DNA of 63,090 nucleotides, filler included, from an uncultured Myxococcia bacterium (GTDB taxonomy: Bacteria; CAZTWC01), in assembly GCA_964617105.1 (NCBI GenBank). It is 5 parts of 5 records of this genome, joined end to end, with 100 filler letters (N's around TTAATTAATTAA, not from the genome) between each part and the next. Parts side by side here need not be neighbours in the genome. Positions count along the whole stretch, not along the records: positions 50,615 to 63,090 come from CAZTWC010000093.1; 4 more parts are not named here. One strand, given 5' to 3'. A program made the translations under genes and the position numbers. The notes beneath the pieces are model-generated. The model worked only from the letters and a program-made list of their open reading frames with translations, did not search any database and was not told the DNA's origin. Shown here piece by piece: positions 61,006-63,090 of the stretch. Every line of letters starts with the position of its first letter. Position 1 is the stretch's first letter.

Positions 61006-62205
61006 TTATTGACCGACTATACTTTTAAATTCTTTAGTCTCTCTCAGAGGGTCCAATTCAGGATAATCTTTTTTGTTTAGTAAGACATTCTTTTTAATAG
61101 TAGGATTTAGGATAAGCGCCAGGTTGATTTCGGTTAAAGCCTTATCGAATTCTTTCTTTAAAATATAGGCAATGGCTGCGCTAATCCGAGCCATTGACTT
61201 GTAAAAATTTGCCTCGTAATCGGTCCTGTCACTTTTGAGTAAAAGATTTATATTTTCCAGCATCTTGTCCGGTTGGTTTATAAGATGGTAGTAATTACTG
61301 ACCAGCAAGAATATTTTCAATTCCTTATGGTGATATTTTTTTAGTAGCATTATCAAAGGCCTAGCCTTTTTTATTTGGTTATCCTCCAAATAAAGGTTAC
61401 TTAAATTATAGAGGGCTGCCAAATCATTAGGATAAATATCCCTCAATTTTTCCCAGTTTTGAATAGCAGCCTGGGTATCTTTTTGCTCTGAAAATATTTT
61501 ACCCAATTTTAGATAGGCGCCTCTGTGTTTTGGGTCTTTAGACAGAGTCTTGTTAAGGTATTGAAGAGCCTTGTCTTTCTCCCCTTTTTGCATATTGATG
61601 ACAGCGATGTTAAAAAATGCTTCCGCCCTTTGGGGCGCAAGTTCCTGTGCGGTTTTATACTCAACCATGGCTTCTTCAAATTTGCCCTTGGCCTCCAGAG
61701 CCTGTCCCAGATTGATATAGGCATCGTAATAATCGGTCTTAATCTGGATGGCTTTGCGGTAATTTTTTATGGCCAGATCATAGTTGTTTTTTATTTGGAG
61801 ACAATAAGCATAAACAAAATAGGCCTGAGGCATATCCGCTTTATTGTCGATTGCTCTTTTTAGATATTCCAGGGCTTTGTCCAGTTCACCTAATTTAAAA
61901 TAGCAAAAGCCCAGGTTATAGAGTACCTTAGAACTGGAAGGGTTTATAGCCAGCATTTTTTCATAGATTTGTTTAGCCTGGGCGTAACGATGTTTTTTGG
62001 CATACGTCCGGCCAAGATAGAAATAGGCGGCTTCATATTGTGGTTTTAAATCAATGGCTTTACGAAAGAAAAATATTGCCTGACTGAATTCACCACGGTC
62101 GTAATGCTCCACTCCTTGTTTGAAAATCTTTTCCTCTTTGTTACAGGAAAAGTTCCACAGAATGGATAATATAACTAAAAAAATCAACATTTTTTTCGAT
62201 TGCAT
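61006..62205 (-). CDS. TPR-repeat lipoprotein
   Basis: Lipobox-like NFSC, many canonical TPRs (AYFYLG, VLYNLG, AYINLG). Confidence 0.88.
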   Translation of the reverse strand: MQSKKMLIFLVILSILWNFSCNKEEKIFKQGVEHYDRGEFSQAIFFFRKAIDLKPQYEAAYFYLGRTYAKKHRYAQAKQIYEKMLAINPSSSKVLYNLGFCYFKLGELDKALEYLKRAIDNKADMPQAYFVYAYCLQIKNNYDLAIKNYRKAIQIKTDYYDAYINLGQALEAKGKFEEAMVEYKTAQELAPQRAEAFFNIAVINMQKGEKDKALQYLNKTLSKDPKHRGAYLKLGKIFSEQKDTQAAIQNWEKLRDIYPNDLAALYNLSNLYLEDNQIKKARPLIMLLKKYHHKELKIFLLVSNYYHLINQPDKMLENINLLLKSDRTDYEANFYKSMARISAAIAYILKKEFDKALTEINLALILNPTIKKNVLLNKKDYPELDPLRETKEFKSIVGQ

Positions 62206-62481
62206 CCAAGAACCTCCAGCAAAAATTTAGGATATGAAACCACTATAACCCAGTGGCCAGTAATTTCATAATTGCACCATGAATATACTACAAATTTATA
62301 TCATAAATTTCCCGGGTTAGGCAAGTTATTAGTAACCTAAAATTAGAGCGAGCACCAGGGGAGTTGGTTATATAGTTCATCGAAAAAATTTGCCTTAAAA
62401 ACGTATTATGGTATATATAATTATTAAAGTAATGATTGAGAGTCAGAAACAATTTCAGAAAAAAGTTGAGGGATATAAATA

Positions 62482-63090
62482 ATGCGCCTTTATCTAAAAG
62501 ACTATGTAACTCTAGGCAATGCCTTTTGCGGTTTTTTGTCGATTATCATGGTGCTAAAGGGGGAGTTGTTTTGGGCTTGCAGTCTGGTTATGATCGGTTT
62601 TGTTTTTGATGCTTTTGACGGATTAGTTGCCAGGCTTACCAACTGTTTTAATCGTTTTGGCGCAGAATTGGACAATATTTCTGACTTGATTACCTACAGC
62701 GTGGCTCCTAGTTTTATTGTCTATCTGGCATTGAATCAGCGAATTCCTGAAATGGTCGATTACCCGTTGGCCAGGGAGATAGTTATAGTCTCAGTAGCAT
62801 CGCTGCCTCTGCTATTTGGGGTGGTCCGTTTTGCCCGTTTTATTGTAAACGAGATGGAATATCCGGGATTCTGGATAGGTGTGCCCAGACCGATTTCAGC
62901 AATGATTTATATCAGTCTTATACGCTCTCACCTGTATGCTTCCGACTTCAGTCCCTATTTGTTGGCCGGAGTGGTTATTCTCTTATCTATAATGAATTTA
63001 AGTTTTGTGCCGATGATCAACCATCATCGAAATCGAAGCCAATGGCATACATGGTTGAAAGGTATTATTTATTATGGTAGTATAACTCTG
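62482..63090 (+). CDS. pssA: CDP-alcohol phosphatidyltransferase (PssA-like), 3'-truncated; absent from ORF track
   Basis: Translates MRLYLKDYVTLGNAFCG..DAFDGLVARLTNCFNRFGAELDNISDLITYSVAP, the DxxDGxxAR..G..D..D motif. Confidence 0.85.
   Translation, partial: MRLYLKDYVTLGNAFCGFLSIIMVLKGELFWACSLVMIGFVFDAFDGLVARLTNCFNRFGAELDNISDLITYSVAPSFIVYLALNQRIPEMVDYPLAREIVIVSVASLPLLFGVVRFARFIVNEMEYPGFWIGVPRPISAMIYISLIRSHLYASDFSPYLLAGVVILLSIMNLSFVPMINHHRNRSQWHTWLKGIIYYGSITL

Overview
The window is five unrelated contigs/scaffolds joined by 100-bp N44-TTAATTAATTAA-N44 linkers (1-12602, 12703-25302, 25403-37916, 38017-50514, 50615-63090; lengths in descending order), so adjacency across linkers means nothing. 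Gene content suggests an anaerobic delta-proteobacterium-like organism with some myxobacterial-type proteins, provided the contigs share a genome. Contig 1: hflK-hflC-hflK, an HTH/Cys-rich/receiver regulator, Rrf2, a DsrMK-like pair, a Cys-PAS kinase with three stand-alone receivers, a non-canonical macrodomain and a TmcC/TmcB (HmcE/F)-like pair. Contig 2: a >2000-aa Cys-rich surface lipoprotein, ilvD-ilvB-ilvN-ilvC (candidate NADH-preferring KARI), a 126-bp palindromic element and a selenocysteine-containing selD with SECIS. Contig 3: the mercury-methylation genes hgcAB directly behind a chimeric hybrid kinase, an aminopeptidase, a collapsed two-component pseudogene, pflX-like, and yebC-ruvCAB. 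Contig 4: grpE, a candidate stand-alone structured ncRNA, GH57, hcp, gene remnants, an MXAN_5187-like protein and a SpoIIE phosphatase. Contig 5: patatin, purB, CHASE2 adenylate cyclase, AOR+MoaD, REC-PilZ, PKD and TPR proteins, pssA-like. All family calls are from motif recognition by eye, not database searches.
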